A stretch of 64,000 nucleotides of DNA. Source: a virus. Position 1 is the first letter of the stretch. Each line of letters begins with the position of its first letter. Both the position numbers and the translations under genes were made by a program. This document shows positions 18,589-28,818 of this stretch, one piece after another. The stretch spans positions 64,001 to 128,000 of IMG/VR virus record IMGVR_UViG_3300027741_000024; one strand, written 5' to 3'. Under the pieces are notes generated by a model, which made no database searches, was not told where the DNA came from, and saw nothing but the letters and a program-made list of their open reading frames with translations.

Positions 18589-19636
18589 TAAGTTGAAAAA
18601 GAGTTCAACGATTAAAGAGACTTCCATACTTGCGAAGTCTCAATTCTTTACTGAGAAAGATATGATTCAAACTGATGTGCCTATTGTAAACGTGGCACTA
18701 TCAGGCAATCTAGATGGTGGTCTGACACCAGGTCTGACTATGTTTGCAGGTCCATCAAAACACTTTAAGACGGCATTTGCTTTGTTGATGGCATCTGCTT
18801 ATATGAAGAAGTATCCGGATGCGGTAGTTCTATTTTATGATTCTGAGTTTGGCACACCACAGAAATACTTTGAAACATTTAATATTGACACTGACCGTGT
18901 TCTACACACACCGATCACTGACGTTGAACAATTGAAACATGATATCATGGTGCAGTTACAACAGATTGAAAAAGGTAATAAAGTTATTATTATTCTTGAT
19001 TCAATTGGTAATCTAGCATCAAAGAAAGAAGTTGATGATGCAACAGAAGGTAAGACTGTTGCAGATATGAGTCGTGCAAAGCAAATGAAGTCGTTGTTCC
19101 GTATGGTCACACCACACTTGACTATCAAAGATATTCCAATGATTGTGGTAAATCACACATACAAAGAGATTGGTTTGTATCCTAAAGACATCGTTGGTGG
19201 TGGCACAGGTTCTTACTACTCAGCAGATACAATTTGGATTCTTGGTCGTCAGCAAGAAAAAACCGGCACCGAAATCACAGGATATAACTTCATCATCAAC
19301 GTTGAGAAATCACGTTTTGTTCGTGAGAAGTCTAAGATACCTGTAACAGTTTCATTTGATGGGGGCATCAATAAGTATTCTGGTCTACTTGATATTGCAC
19401 TTGAAGGTAACTTTGTACAAAAACCATCTAATGGTTGGTATGCAAAGGTCAACCAAGATACAGGTGAGATTGGTGACAAGAAACGATTAGATGATACACA
19501 GAATGCTGAATTCTGGAATGATATTCTTGCTAATGAGAAATTTAAAGAATATGTAAGGAAGAGATATGAGATCACGTATAGTAGCATTCTTGGACAAGAT
19601 ACAGTTTTGGAAAAAGAAGATGTCTCAGAAGTATGA
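18575..19636 (+). CDS. uvsX: RecA-like recombinase UvsX
   Basis: AGPSKHFKT, FYDSEFG, DSIGNLASKKE, GGGTG.YYSAD. Confidence 0.95.
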   Translation: MSVLDKLKKSSTIKETSILAKSQFFTEKDMIQTDVPIVNVALSGNLDGGLTPGLTMFAGPSKHFKTAFALLMASAYMKKYPDAVVLFYDSEFGTPQKYFETFNIDTDRVLHTPITDVEQLKHDIMVQLQQIEKGNKVIIILDSIGNLASKKEVDDATEGKTVADMSRAKQMKSLFRMVTPHLTIKDIPMIVVNHTYKEIGLYPKDIVGGGTGSYYSADTIWILGRQQEKTGTEITGYNFIINVEKSRFVREKSKIPVTVSFDGGINKYSGLLDIALEGNFVQKPSNGWYAKVNQDTGEIGDKKRLDDTQNAEFWNDILANEKFKEYVRKRYEITYSSILGQDTVLEKEDVSEV

Positions 19637-19937
19637 AGTAGATATTGATTATCAGTTTATACCATCTGATGATGAACAGATAACAGGCATCGGCATACTA
19701 AAAGGAAAGTATGCCGGTGTTCTGTATCACTATGGTAAAGCAAAGGTAATAGAAGAAGGTGAGTTTGCCAGACTCTACTTTGATTATACCATTGAACATA
19801 CACCCACTTTCAGCGTTCATGACTTGACAATTGATCAGGAATTTCATACAATGATAGGTGACATCTTAACAGAAATCTTAATGAAACAAACCAATGAAAC
19901 GACTAGAGACGACGATATTAAAGAATTTGATATTTAA
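19620..19937 (+). CDS. hypothetical protein (T4 gene 40 position)
   Basis: Lies between uvsX and 41; GKYAGVLYHYGK. Confidence 0.6.
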   Translation: MSQKYEVDIDYQFIPSDDEQITGIGILKGKYAGVLYHYGKAKVIEEGEFARLYFDYTIEHTPTFSVHDLTIDQEFHTMIGDILTEILMKQTNETTRDDDIKEFDI

Positions 19938-21300
19938 TGAGGACTATGCTCGTAAGATTTTACCTTTCATAAAATCGGAATACTTTACCGACAATACCGA
20001 GAAAATACTTTTTGAAGAAGTCAATGAGTATATTAATCACTACAAGAATCTTCCAACCTATGAATCTTTGGTAATTAATTTTACAGAATCTAAAAAACTG
20101 ACCGAACAACAAGTTCGTGATTCAGTTGAAATGCTTCGTGAAATTAATGCAGAGAAAGAAGAGAAATCGGATAACGCATGGTTAATTGATAACACTGAAA
20201 AGTTCTGTCAAGATAAAGCAATCTATAATGCTATCATGAAGTCTGTACAAATTCTTGATAACAAATCCGAAAATGATAGTAAAGGTTCTATACCAAAGTT
20301 ATTGAGTGATGCACTTGGTGTATCATTTGATTCATCCGTTGGTCACGATTATGTTGAAGATGCGGATAATCGGTTTGACTTTTATCATAAACACGAAACA
20401 AAGATTCCATTTGACCTAGACATCTTCAACAAGATTACCAAAGGTGGTTTGCCACAGAAAACGTTGAACATTGCTTTGGCCGGCACAGGCGTTGGTAAAT
20501 CTTTGTTCATGTGTCACGTTGCAGGTTCTTGTTTGTCTCAAGGTCTAAACGTATTGTACATCACGATGGAAATGGCTGAAGAACGAATCGCTGAACGTAT
20601 CGATGCCAATTTATTGAACATCGATATTGCAGACTTGAATTCTATCAGCAAACAAGATTATGACCGTAAGTTTTCTGCATTGAAAGTAAAGACACAAGGC
20701 AAGTTAATCATCAAAGAATATCCAACTGCTGCAGCATCTGCACTGCACTTCCGTTCTTTGTTAAATGAATTGCAACTAAAAAAGAGTTTCAAACCTGATA
20801 TCATTTTTATTGATTATCTTAACATTTGTGCAAGTGCTAGAATCAAGGCTGGTGCGAATGTCAATAGTTATTCTTATATTAAGGCTATTGCGGAAGAACT
20901 CAGGGGTCTTGCGGTTGAGTTTTCGGTACCCATAGTATCTGCCACACAGACAACACGTTCCGGCTTCACCTCCAGTGATCCAGGTCTTGAGGATACTAGT
21001 GAATCCTTTGGTCTACCTGCAACTGCTGACTTTATGTTCGCTTTGATAAGTACCGAAGAGTTGCAACAATTGAATCAAATTATGGTCAAACAATTAAAGA
21101 ACCGATATAATGACCCGAATACATTCAAACGATTCATGGTGGGTATTGACAGATCAAAGATGAAACTGTATGATGTTGAACAGTCAGCACAAGAAGATTT
21201 GATTGATGCTGGTCAAGTTGATGATAAACCATTGAATTCGTTTGGTGATCGTGAAAGACTTAGTGGTATGAAAAATAAGTTTGGAGGATTTAAAGTATGA
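19894..21300 (+). CDS. 41: replicative helicase gp41
   Basis: AGTGVGKS, ITMEMAEE, IFIDYLNI, SATQTTR, SESFGLPATAD. Confidence 0.96.
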   Translation: MKRLETTILKNLIFNEDYARKILPFIKSEYFTDNTEKILFEEVNEYINHYKNLPTYESLVINFTESKKLTEQQVRDSVEMLREINAEKEEKSDNAWLIDNTEKFCQDKAIYNAIMKSVQILDNKSENDSKGSIPKLLSDALGVSFDSSVGHDYVEDADNRFDFYHKHETKIPFDLDIFNKITKGGLPQKTLNIALAGTGVGKSLFMCHVAGSCLSQGLNVLYITMEMAEERIAERIDANLLNIDIADLNSISKQDYDRKFSALKVKTQGKLIIKEYPTAAASALHFRSLLNELQLKKSFKPDIIFIDYLNICASARIKAGANVNSYSYIKAIAEELRGLAVEFSVPIVSATQTTRSGFTSSDPGLEDTSESFGLPATADFMFALISTEELQQLNQIMVKQLKNRYNDPNTFKRFMVGIDRSKMKLYDVEQSAQEDLIDAGQVDDKPLNSFGDRERLSGMKNKFGGFKV

Positions 21301-21860
21301 GTTACGTGAAATATTATGATAATGTTTTGCCTAAGACATTTTGTGATTCTGTTATAAAGAAGTTTGAGAATCATCCAAAACAACACAGAGAAACCTTTTT
21401 AGAAGGGCATCGTTCATTCACCGAATTAAATTTGAATGAGAACATTGTAAGTTGGAAATCTGAAATAGACTATCTAGTAAGCACGATGCAAACCTATATG
21501 GATGTGTATAAGAAGGATGTCGGTGTTGATTTGATGGCATGGCCAGAAAACTTTGGATTTGAACAATTAAGGATGAAACGATATCTACCAAACGATCAAG
21601 ATGAGTTTAAGTTTCATGTAGATGTACAAGACTATGCCTCAGCACGTAGATTTTTGGTATTTTTTTGGTATCTGAATGATGTGGAAGAAGGTGGACAGAC
21701 AGCATTTCAACTCAACAGAAATCAACCGGTTAAAGTTAAAGTACAACCTAGAACAGGTCGCTTGCTAATGTTTCCACCATTGTGGACACACCCACATGTG
21801 GCATTCAAACCAGTAGATGTACCAAAGTATATTGTTGGTGGTTACTTACATTACGTTTAA
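21297..21860 (+). CDS. 2OG-Fe(II) oxygenase
   Basis: HVD, YLNDVEEGG, FPPLWTHPH, KYIVGGYL. Confidence 0.88.
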   Translation: MSYVKYYDNVLPKTFCDSVIKKFENHPKQHRETFLEGHRSFTELNLNENIVSWKSEIDYLVSTMQTYMDVYKKDVGVDLMAWPENFGFEQLRMKRYLPNDQDEFKFHVDVQDYASARRFLVFFWYLNDVEEGGQTAFQLNRNQPVKVKVQPRTGRLLMFPPLWTHPHVAFKPVDVPKYIVGGYLHYV

Positions 21861-21865
21861 AAATT

Positions 21866-22981
21866 ATGAATCTAACTAGAGATCAAGCAGTATATTGTGC
21901 TAACATCTATTCAAAATACTTTGATAAATTTCAGAGAATTGATGATTATATTCGTGATCAAAAACTAAATTCTTTATCTGAAAGACCTCCTACTTTGTTT
22001 GGTATGGGACCAGAAGAAGATTTATTTTCAGACTTTGATATACACCCACAAGATATGGAGTTTGAACTTGTAGAACTACCACAAAATAATTGGGACATTT
22101 ATTTGAACATGATTTCTTCACATTCAAATATGACTAGTATTCCTGGTAGATGTTTTCGTTTGGCAGTACAAGAAAAGAATACAAAGAAGTGGGTTGGTTT
22201 CATTCGTTTGGGTTCTCCTGTTATTAACATGAAACCAAGAAATGAAATGTTGGGTGGTGTATTTTCTCAAACACCCGAATCTGCAAAGTCATTTAATCAC
22301 ACATCGATTATGGGTTTTGTGATTGTACCTTCACAACCCTTTGGTTTTAATTACCTTGGTGGTAAACTACTTGCTGCAATCTGTTGTTCACATTGGGTCA
22401 AAGAAAAGTTAGATGCAAAGTATGACATGAATACCTGTTTGTTTGAAACGACAAGTCTTTATGGCAGTTCAAAGTCATCATCACAATATGATGGCATGAA
22501 ACCATATTTAAGATTCAAAGGTTTGACTGACAGCAATTTCTTACCAATGATGCACGGTAAACCTTATGATGATTTAAAGAACTATGTTGAGAATGCGATT
22601 GGTGAATTCGTACCTGCTGATGCATCATCACGTAAACTGAAAGTCTCAAACGCAATCATTTCAATGACTAAAGTGGCATTGAAAGGTTCACCAGAAGGTG
22701 AGAAGTTTGCACAGACTGTGGAGAATGCCTTGTCATTGACAGAAAAGAAACGATACTATGCCTCAAATTATGGTTACAGTAACTTTACAGATGTGGTCAT
22801 GGGTAAAACGGACAAATTGATTCCAGACAAGGAGAACTATGATAAGTTTCATCTGGAGACGATCATAGACTGGTGGAAGAAGAAATCAACGACCAGATAT
22901 GATACACTCAAGTCTGAGAATAGGCTACGCTCCGAGATAGAAGTATGGACAGGCGAAAAAGAACTTGACATTATCAGGTAA
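21866..22981 (+). CDS. DUF4338/DruA-like protein
   Basis: GFIRLGSP, VPSQPFGFNYLGGKLLAAICCSH, ETTSLYG, SQYDG. Confidence 0.7.
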   Translation: MNLTRDQAVYCANIYSKYFDKFQRIDDYIRDQKLNSLSERPPTLFGMGPEEDLFSDFDIHPQDMEFELVELPQNNWDIYLNMISSHSNMTSIPGRCFRLAVQEKNTKKWVGFIRLGSPVINMKPRNEMLGGVFSQTPESAKSFNHTSIMGFVIVPSQPFGFNYLGGKLLAAICCSHWVKEKLDAKYDMNTCLFETTSLYGSSKSSSQYDGMKPYLRFKGLTDSNFLPMMHGKPYDDLKNYVENAIGEFVPADASSRKLKVSNAIISMTKVALKGSPEGEKFAQTVENALSLTEKKRYYASNYGYSNFTDVVMGKTDKLIPDKENYDKFHLETIIDWWKKKSTTRYDTLKSENRLRSEIEVWTGEKELDIIR

Positions 22982-22998
22982 TCCTGTTAGTATAAATA
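22965..22998 (+). promoter_or_regulatory. overlapping sigma70-like promoter and T4 late promoter
   Basis: TTGACA-N17-TAGTAT overlapping TATAAATA (22991-22998). Confidence 0.7.
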
Positions 22999-23023
22999 CT
23001 TCATCAATCATATGGAGTATTAA

Positions 23024-24145
23024 ATGGCAAAATCTTATTCAGCTGCAGAATTAACAAAGATGCAAGAACTCGGTTCTGCGTGGGTTTTTCGTAGAGTATT
23101 GAATGATAATCAAATATACAACACTCCAGACGATATTGTAAAAGATAAAAAGTATAGTGAGTTGGTGAAAATTTATCCAGCAATAAATGCTGAATGGTTG
23201 AAAGCATTTCATGCCCAACAAAAAACTATGTTTAAAGAATTCGCATCATCTAAGTTTACAGAGTTCACAAGAGATGGTGGATTTATGGATTACATTACAG
23301 AACTTGTTCGCACAAAATTTAAAATTTCTAAAAAAGATTCTTGGGATCCCGCTGATATTTGGTGTGTTCAGAATGAACAAAAAGTTATTGCGGATATTAA
23401 AAAGATAATTGAAGATGGTAAAGCATCCAGTCTTTTAGAGTTAAATGCTCTTATGAGAACAATGTATAAAGAAAGAAGGCTTGTTGGTGTTTCTCTAAAA
23501 TTAATTTCTGGTAAAGAAGCAAAGTATGAAGAAGTTAATATAAATGAGGCTGATTTTCCTGATAAGAAAAATTATAATTTCAACATATCATCAATGAAGT
23601 GCCCTTTAAATTTAAAAAATGGAACACAATTTGCAACGCAAGATACTAGAATTATTGTGGAAGGTGATGGCGTAAAATATGATTTTCAAATTAAAGCAAA
23701 TAGCACATCTGGTTATAATAACTTAAAATTTGAACCAACTTCATCAGCAGGTACTAAAGCGAGATTAGGTAAAACACCACTTGACTTGTTAGCAAAACTA
23801 CTGAAAGATTATAAACTGCCATTTAAAAATAGTCATAAAGAATATCCAATGACTGGCGCAGAGTTCAATGATAAAACTTCTTTACAATATGCCAAGAATG
23901 TATACAATTCAATTGTTGCGGCAAAAGTTGATACTGGTGTGAAAAATGAAGAAGAGTTTATTGCAAATATGCAAAAAGTATTTACACTTGAACCACATAC
24001 AGCGAATTCTAAATTAATGCAGTTAAACTTTTTATACAATATTTGTGAAATGGAAAAAGAAGAAAGAGATAATCTATTAACTGATATGTGCTTTCTTGCT
24101 CAGAAAAAAGGCCGCCAATTTGGTCCATTTGGAAAATTATACTAA
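23024..24145 (+). CDS. hypothetical late protein with PD-(D/E)XK-like motif
   Basis: SWDPADIW...LVGVSLK; follows TATAAATA. Confidence 0.6.
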   Translation: MAKSYSAAELTKMQELGSAWVFRRVLNDNQIYNTPDDIVKDKKYSELVKIYPAINAEWLKAFHAQQKTMFKEFASSKFTEFTRDGGFMDYITELVRTKFKISKKDSWDPADIWCVQNEQKVIADIKKIIEDGKASSLLELNALMRTMYKERRLVGVSLKLISGKEAKYEEVNINEADFPDKKNYNFNISSMKCPLNLKNGTQFATQDTRIIVEGDGVKYDFQIKANSTSGYNNLKFEPTSSAGTKARLGKTPLDLLAKLLKDYKLPFKNSHKEYPMTGAEFNDKTSLQYAKNVYNSIVAAKVDTGVKNEEEFIANMQKVFTLEPHTANSKLMQLNFLYNICEMEKEERDNLLTDMCFLAQKKGRQFGPFGKLY

Positions 24146-24146
24146 A

Positions 24147-25376
24147 ATGAAATTCAGAGAATATTTAACCGAAGCAAAAAAAGAAGGTAAGAACGTTCAC
24201 CTAGAACATCTTGAAGATAATGTATTGAACAATGGTGTGTCTGGTGCAAGAGAAGCAATCAACTTTCTGCGTTCACTTCGCAATATGTTAGCAGGTCATT
24301 CCGATGTTAAAGTAAACGTGACAACAAAATGGGATGGTGCACCTGCAATATTTTGTGGCATTAATCCAGAAAACGGTAAGTTCTTTGTTGGTACAAAATC
24401 TGTGTTCAACAAGAATGCCAAACTAAACTATACTGACGCAGACATTGATGAGAATCATCCATCAGAAGGACTGAATGATAAACTGAAGATTGCACTTGCA
24501 TACTTACCAAAGTTAGGTATCAAGGGTATTCTGCAAGGTGATATGATGTTCACCAAAGATGATTTAAAACACGAAACGATTGATGGTGAAGAGTATTTAA
24601 TATTTCAACCGAATACAATTGTGTATGCAGTACCAGCAAATACTAAACTGGCTAAGATGATGCAAGCCGCACAACTTGGTGTGGTATTTCATACATCATA
24701 TGTTGGTAAAAATATTGAGAACATGAAAGCATCATTCAATATCGATATTGGTCATTTACAAACAACTAAAGATGTTTGGTTCCGTGATGCATCATTCACT
24801 GACGCATCTGGTTCTGCCACATTCACAGAAAAAGAAACTGCTGACCTCACATCAATTCTTTCACAAGCAGGAAGATTGTTCACTACAATACCTGCACTCA
24901 TACTTAATAAGATTGCATCATCCGAAACTTATCTGATGCAAATTAAAACGTACAACAATACCAAAGTGCGTGAGGGTCAAGAGATTCGTGATACTAGGGC
25001 ACATGTAACCGGTTTGATGAAGTGGGTAGAAGATAAACTGAACAAAGAAATCTCTGCTGCAAAGAAAGCAGATACGAAAGAGAAACGCATCAAAGAGAAA
25101 ACAGAAGTCATGCGATTCTATCGTACCAATGCTGCACAACTAAAAAACATATTTGATTTGATGAATATGATCATTGAGGCAAAACTTATGATCATTCGTA
25201 AGTTGGAAACTATTCGTTCAATCGGCACATTTGTTCGTACTGATGATGGATTCAGAATCACAGCACCAGAAGGATTTGTAGCAGTAGATAAACTAAAAGG
25301 TAATGCATTGAAATTAGTTGATCGTTTAGAGTTCAGTCATCAGAATTTTAGTGCTGCTAAAAATTGGAGTAAATGA
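24147..25376 (+). CDS. conserved T4-like phage protein (DUF6267-like) with capsid-targeting-like N-terminus
   Basis: MKFREYLTE, HLEHLED, TTKWDGAPA, PEGFVA, KLVDRLEFS. Confidence 0.7.
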   Translation: MKFREYLTEAKKEGKNVHLEHLEDNVLNNGVSGAREAINFLRSLRNMLAGHSDVKVNVTTKWDGAPAIFCGINPENGKFFVGTKSVFNKNAKLNYTDADIDENHPSEGLNDKLKIALAYLPKLGIKGILQGDMMFTKDDLKHETIDGEEYLIFQPNTIVYAVPANTKLAKMMQAAQLGVVFHTSYVGKNIENMKASFNIDIGHLQTTKDVWFRDASFTDASGSATFTEKETADLTSILSQAGRLFTTIPALILNKIASSETYLMQIKTYNNTKVREGQEIRDTRAHVTGLMKWVEDKLNKEISAAKKADTKEKRIKEKTEVMRFYRTNAAQLKNIFDLMNMIIEAKLMIIRKLETIRSIGTFVRTDDGFRITAPEGFVAVDKLKGNALKLVDRLEFSHQNFSAAKNWSK

Positions 25377-25648
25377 TGGAATACGATATCAATAAGATTA
25401 TGGCAGAATATGGAGATAAAGATTTTGGTTTCTCCACAGTTGACGAAGTTGAATATGAAGCAGTTATTGCAGAAAAAAATGATACAGTCCAAGAATACAA
25501 AGATCGTTTAACTGAAGTAGAAAAAATTATCATGCCATTTTTGACCAATTTGCTCAAGTCAAAAGATCAACCATACATTCATTGGCCTAATCGTGGTCCA
25601 ATCATTGAGAAACAAATACAGAAGATATTGACGTTGACGAGGAATTAG
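25373..25648 (+). CDS. hypothetical protein
   Basis: DFGFS..., YIHWPNR; coupled. Confidence 0.65.
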   Translation: MMEYDINKIMAEYGDKDFGFSTVDEVEYEAVIAEKNDTVQEYKDRLTEVEKIIMPFLTNLLKSKDQPYIHWPNRGPIIEKQIQKILTLTRN

Positions 25649-25806
25649 TGAAATCGTTCAAAGAATATATTAAAGATTTAAAAGGTACACAAGAGTTTGT
25701 ATCTAAGGCTGGTGCTGGTGAATGGGGTAGACCAGAAACGGTACAAAAATATGTAAAAGACACACCAGGACAAACTATAGAACTATATAAGAAATACACT
25801 AATTAA
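25648..25806 (+). CDS. small hypothetical protein (52 aa, GTG start, not on track)
   Basis: GAGG RBS; MKSFKEYI...GAGEWG...KDTPGQ. Confidence 0.55.
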   Translation: MKSFKEYIKDLKGTQEFVSKAGAGEWGRPETVQKYVKDTPGQTIELYKKYTN

Positions 25807-25825
25807 TTTTTTACGTGAGGATATT

Positions 25826-26668
25826 ATGAAAGATTTGATCATTGGCTGCGCCACGAATTATAATTGGTCCAAATTAAAGTATTGGGTCAACTCTATCAAT
25901 CAATCAGGCTTTGAAGGTGATAAATGCCTGATTCTTATGAATTGTGATAAAGAAACCGTAGATAAGATTTCTGATGCGGGTTTTGCTATCATAGCATTCA
26001 ATCAAGATTCAAATGGTAATCTAACATACAACTCTAACATGATGGTGCATGTTGAGAGGTTCTTCCACATCTACAATGTTCTAAAAAATAATCTATATCG
26101 ATATGTAATTACCACTGATGTTAAAGATGTGATATTTCAAAAGAACCCATCTGAATGGTTAGAAAATAATTTATCAAAAGATGAAGATTTAGTATTTTCA
26201 TCTGAGAGTATGAAATATAAAGATGAGCCGTGGGGTAATCAAAATCTTATGGAAACATTTGGATCACAAATATATGAAGAGTTTAAGAATAATACTATCT
26301 TCAATGTAGGTGTTCTTGCTGGTCGTGGTTACGCCATGAAAGATTTGATGATGAATATCTTTACATCATGCGTTGGTCGTCCAATCAAAATTTGTGATCA
26401 GTCAACATTCAATTTCTTGATTTCACAACATCCATATCTAAAAACTTCCATGTATACCAAATCAGAAGATGGTTGGGCATGTCAGTTGGGCACAACTGCC
26501 GATCCAAGTAAGATAGATGAATTCCGTCCATTCTTACTTGAACCATCACCGAAATTAGATGGTGATAAGGTTGTAACTTCAGAAGGAATAGAGTATACTA
26601 TAGTACATCAATATGATCGTGTCCCAGAGTGGAAGAAAGTAATCGAGGAGAAATATAATGGTTTATGA
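25826..26668 (+). CDS. glycosyltransferase-like protein (GT-A)
   Basis: TTDVKDVIFQKNP, NVGVLAG, DQSTFN, IVHQYDR. Confidence 0.7.
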   Translation: MKDLIIGCATNYNWSKLKYWVNSINQSGFEGDKCLILMNCDKETVDKISDAGFAIIAFNQDSNGNLTYNSNMMVHVERFFHIYNVLKNNLYRYVITTDVKDVIFQKNPSEWLENNLSKDEDLVFSSESMKYKDEPWGNQNLMETFGSQIYEEFKNNTIFNVGVLAGRGYAMKDLMMNIFTSCVGRPIKICDQSTFNFLISQHPYLKTSMYTKSEDGWACQLGTTADPSKIDEFRPFLLEPSPKLDGDKVVTSEGIEYTIVHQYDRVPEWKKVIEEKYNGL

Positions 26669-27380
26669 AAAAATGTATATTAATAGTGATAATGAAACAT
26701 CACCTCAATCTAATCTAAAAGAAATATTCTGGAATTTGGACAAAGGTTGTACTAAATGGTCGGGTTACTTTGATGTGTATGAGAGACATCTGAGTAAATT
26801 CGTTGGTAAATCACCACGAATTTTGGAAATTGGTGTTCTTGGTGGTGGATCAATTGAGATGTGGTTAAAATACTTTGGTGAAGGCACAGAAGTTGTTGGT
26901 GTTGACATTAACGAAGAATGTAAAAATTATGTGTATGATGGTAAAGTAGAAATTGTAATGGGTGATCAAGGTGATCCACAATTTTGGGATCAATACCTAT
27001 CAGACAAAAAAGGATTTGATATCGTCATTGATGATGGTTCGCATGTGATGCAACATCAAATTACTACACTCAATAGTGTATTTCCACATGTAAGACCTGG
27101 TGGTGTTTATATTTGTGAAGATACACATACAAGTTACTGGCCACAACCATGGGGTGGTTCATTCCGTGGCGCTGGCACGTTCTTGGAACATGCCAAACGC
27201 ACGACAGACATTTTAAATCAACAACACTTTCAGGGTGAACCAATAATGCCTGAAGTTTTATCAAAATATTCAGGTCTATACTCTGTAGCATTCTATAATA
27301 GTATGGTTGTATATGAAAGAGAATCATTAAAAACATTTGGTATTGTAGATAACAAAGCAAATGTAGGACGTGATCTATGA
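26658..27380 (+). CDS. class I SAM-dependent (sugar) O-methyltransferase
   Basis: ILEIGVLGGGS, GVDI, GDQ, DIVIDDGSH, GGVYICED. Confidence 0.85.
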   Translation: MVYEKMYINSDNETSPQSNLKEIFWNLDKGCTKWSGYFDVYERHLSKFVGKSPRILEIGVLGGGSIEMWLKYFGEGTEVVGVDINEECKNYVYDGKVEIVMGDQGDPQFWDQYLSDKKGFDIVIDDGSHVMQHQITTLNSVFPHVRPGGVYICEDTHTSYWPQPWGGSFRGAGTFLEHAKRTTDILNQQHFQGEPIMPEVLSKYSGLYSVAFYNSMVVYERESLKTFGIVDNKANVGRDL

Positions 27381-28093
27381 AGATAGCATTATGTTTATCT
27401 GGTCAAGCACGAAGTGTGGAAGCAGGATATGAATTTCATAAGAAAAATATTATAGAAGGTAATGATGTAACTGTATTCTTTCACACATGGACACAAGATG
27501 ATATGAGTTTCTATCGGAAGATTATAGACTTGTATAATCCTGAATTATCGGTTGCTGAAGATCCGCTTGATGAAGATTTGTCAAAATACACAAGAACTCC
27601 ACCACCATCACCAAACTGGAAAGTAAAGGATGGTAGAATGTCAACATTTGCTCAACTGTATGCTATTCAAGGTTGCAATCAGTTGAAATCTGAATATGAA
27701 CTTGAAAACAATATGACATTTGATTGGGTGATTCGGTCACGATTTGATTTTGCCATCAACGCTAAGATACCGTTTGATGAATTGGATAACAGCAAACTGT
27801 ACATTCCAAATTGCCGTATGGTACCAACCAAAGATTTTGGTAATGATCAGTTCGCATTCTCATCATCTAAGAATATGGATAACTATGCAGAATGTTATAA
27901 TCATATTGACAAATTCTATGATTCTGGTGTACAATATATGTGTGAAGATTTTATGAGTGCTAACTGGAAGAAATACGGTATGGTTGGTGAGAATCTGGTA
28001 TACTGTGATGTCAACCATCCATTTCCACCAGGTGAGTATAACGGAACACCACATTCTTTAATCAGGGAAGATTTTAAAAAATGGTTAACTTAG
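27377..28093 (+). CDS. putative glycosyltransferase
   Basis: KIALCLSGQAR, FFHTW, FDWVIRSRFD, NDQFA. Confidence 0.65.
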   Translation: MKIALCLSGQARSVEAGYEFHKKNIIEGNDVTVFFHTWTQDDMSFYRKIIDLYNPELSVAEDPLDEDLSKYTRTPPPSPNWKVKDGRMSTFAQLYAIQGCNQLKSEYELENNMTFDWVIRSRFDFAINAKIPFDELDNSKLYIPNCRMVPTKDFGNDQFAFSSSKNMDNYAECYNHIDKFYDSGVQYMCEDFMSANWKKYGMVGENLVYCDVNHPFPPGEYNGTPHSLIREDFKKWLT

Positions 28094-28818
28094 TTATCTG
28101 TATGGCGGGTTATAATACCCGTTTTCATGATGTTGGTTTTGATATTCCAAAGTATCTGTTGCCTTGGAATAACACAACAATCATTCACGATATCTTAAAT
28201 AATTTTGGTGAAACGTACCAAACAATTCTTGTTGCAAACAAGCGTGATGTTTATTTCAAAGATCAATTACTAGAAACCATCAAACCATTTGGATTAGATG
28301 AGAAGAACATTCTATACATTGGTGATACTAAAGGTCAAGCACATACTGCTGCCATAGGTATTGATCAACTGTATGATGACAACATACCAACATTCATTCA
28401 TAATGCAGATACAATTGTTACAGGTCGATCTTTAAATCTGATTGCTGATTCGATGAATAATCTGTATGATGCTTATATTGATGTGTTTGTTGGCAACTCA
28501 CCAAAGTATTCATATGTTCGGGCATTTGAAGAAACTGTACTGGAAATTGTAGAGAAGAAACAAATCTCACCATATGCTTCATCAGGACTATATGGATTTT
28601 TGACGGGTAATATGTACATGAGTTTTTTTAATTCACTTTGGGCGAAACAATATGAAGAAAAGAGTGAACTGTATGTAGCAGATGTGATTCAAAGTATGAT
28701 TGCTGGAGGTAAACAAGTATTCATGAATGGTCTTGGAAATAACCAAGAAACGATTGTACTTGGCAGTCCACAAGAATATGGTATTGAGATAGCAAGACAA
28801 ACATTAGGTGCAAGATGA
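28081..28818 (+). CDS. sugar-phosphate nucleotidyltransferase
   Basis: ICMAGYNTRF...PKYL, TKGQAHT, HNAD, IVEKKQIS..ASSGLYGF, LGSPQE. Confidence 0.8.
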   Translation: MVNLVICMAGYNTRFHDVGFDIPKYLLPWNNTTIIHDILNNFGETYQTILVANKRDVYFKDQLLETIKPFGLDEKNILYIGDTKGQAHTAAIGIDQLYDDNIPTFIHNADTIVTGRSLNLIADSMNNLYDAYIDVFVGNSPKYSYVRAFEETVLEIVEKKQISPYASSGLYGFLTGNMYMSFFNSLWAKQYEEKSELYVADVIQSMIAGGKQVFMNGLGNNQETIVLGSPQEYGIEIARQTLGAR

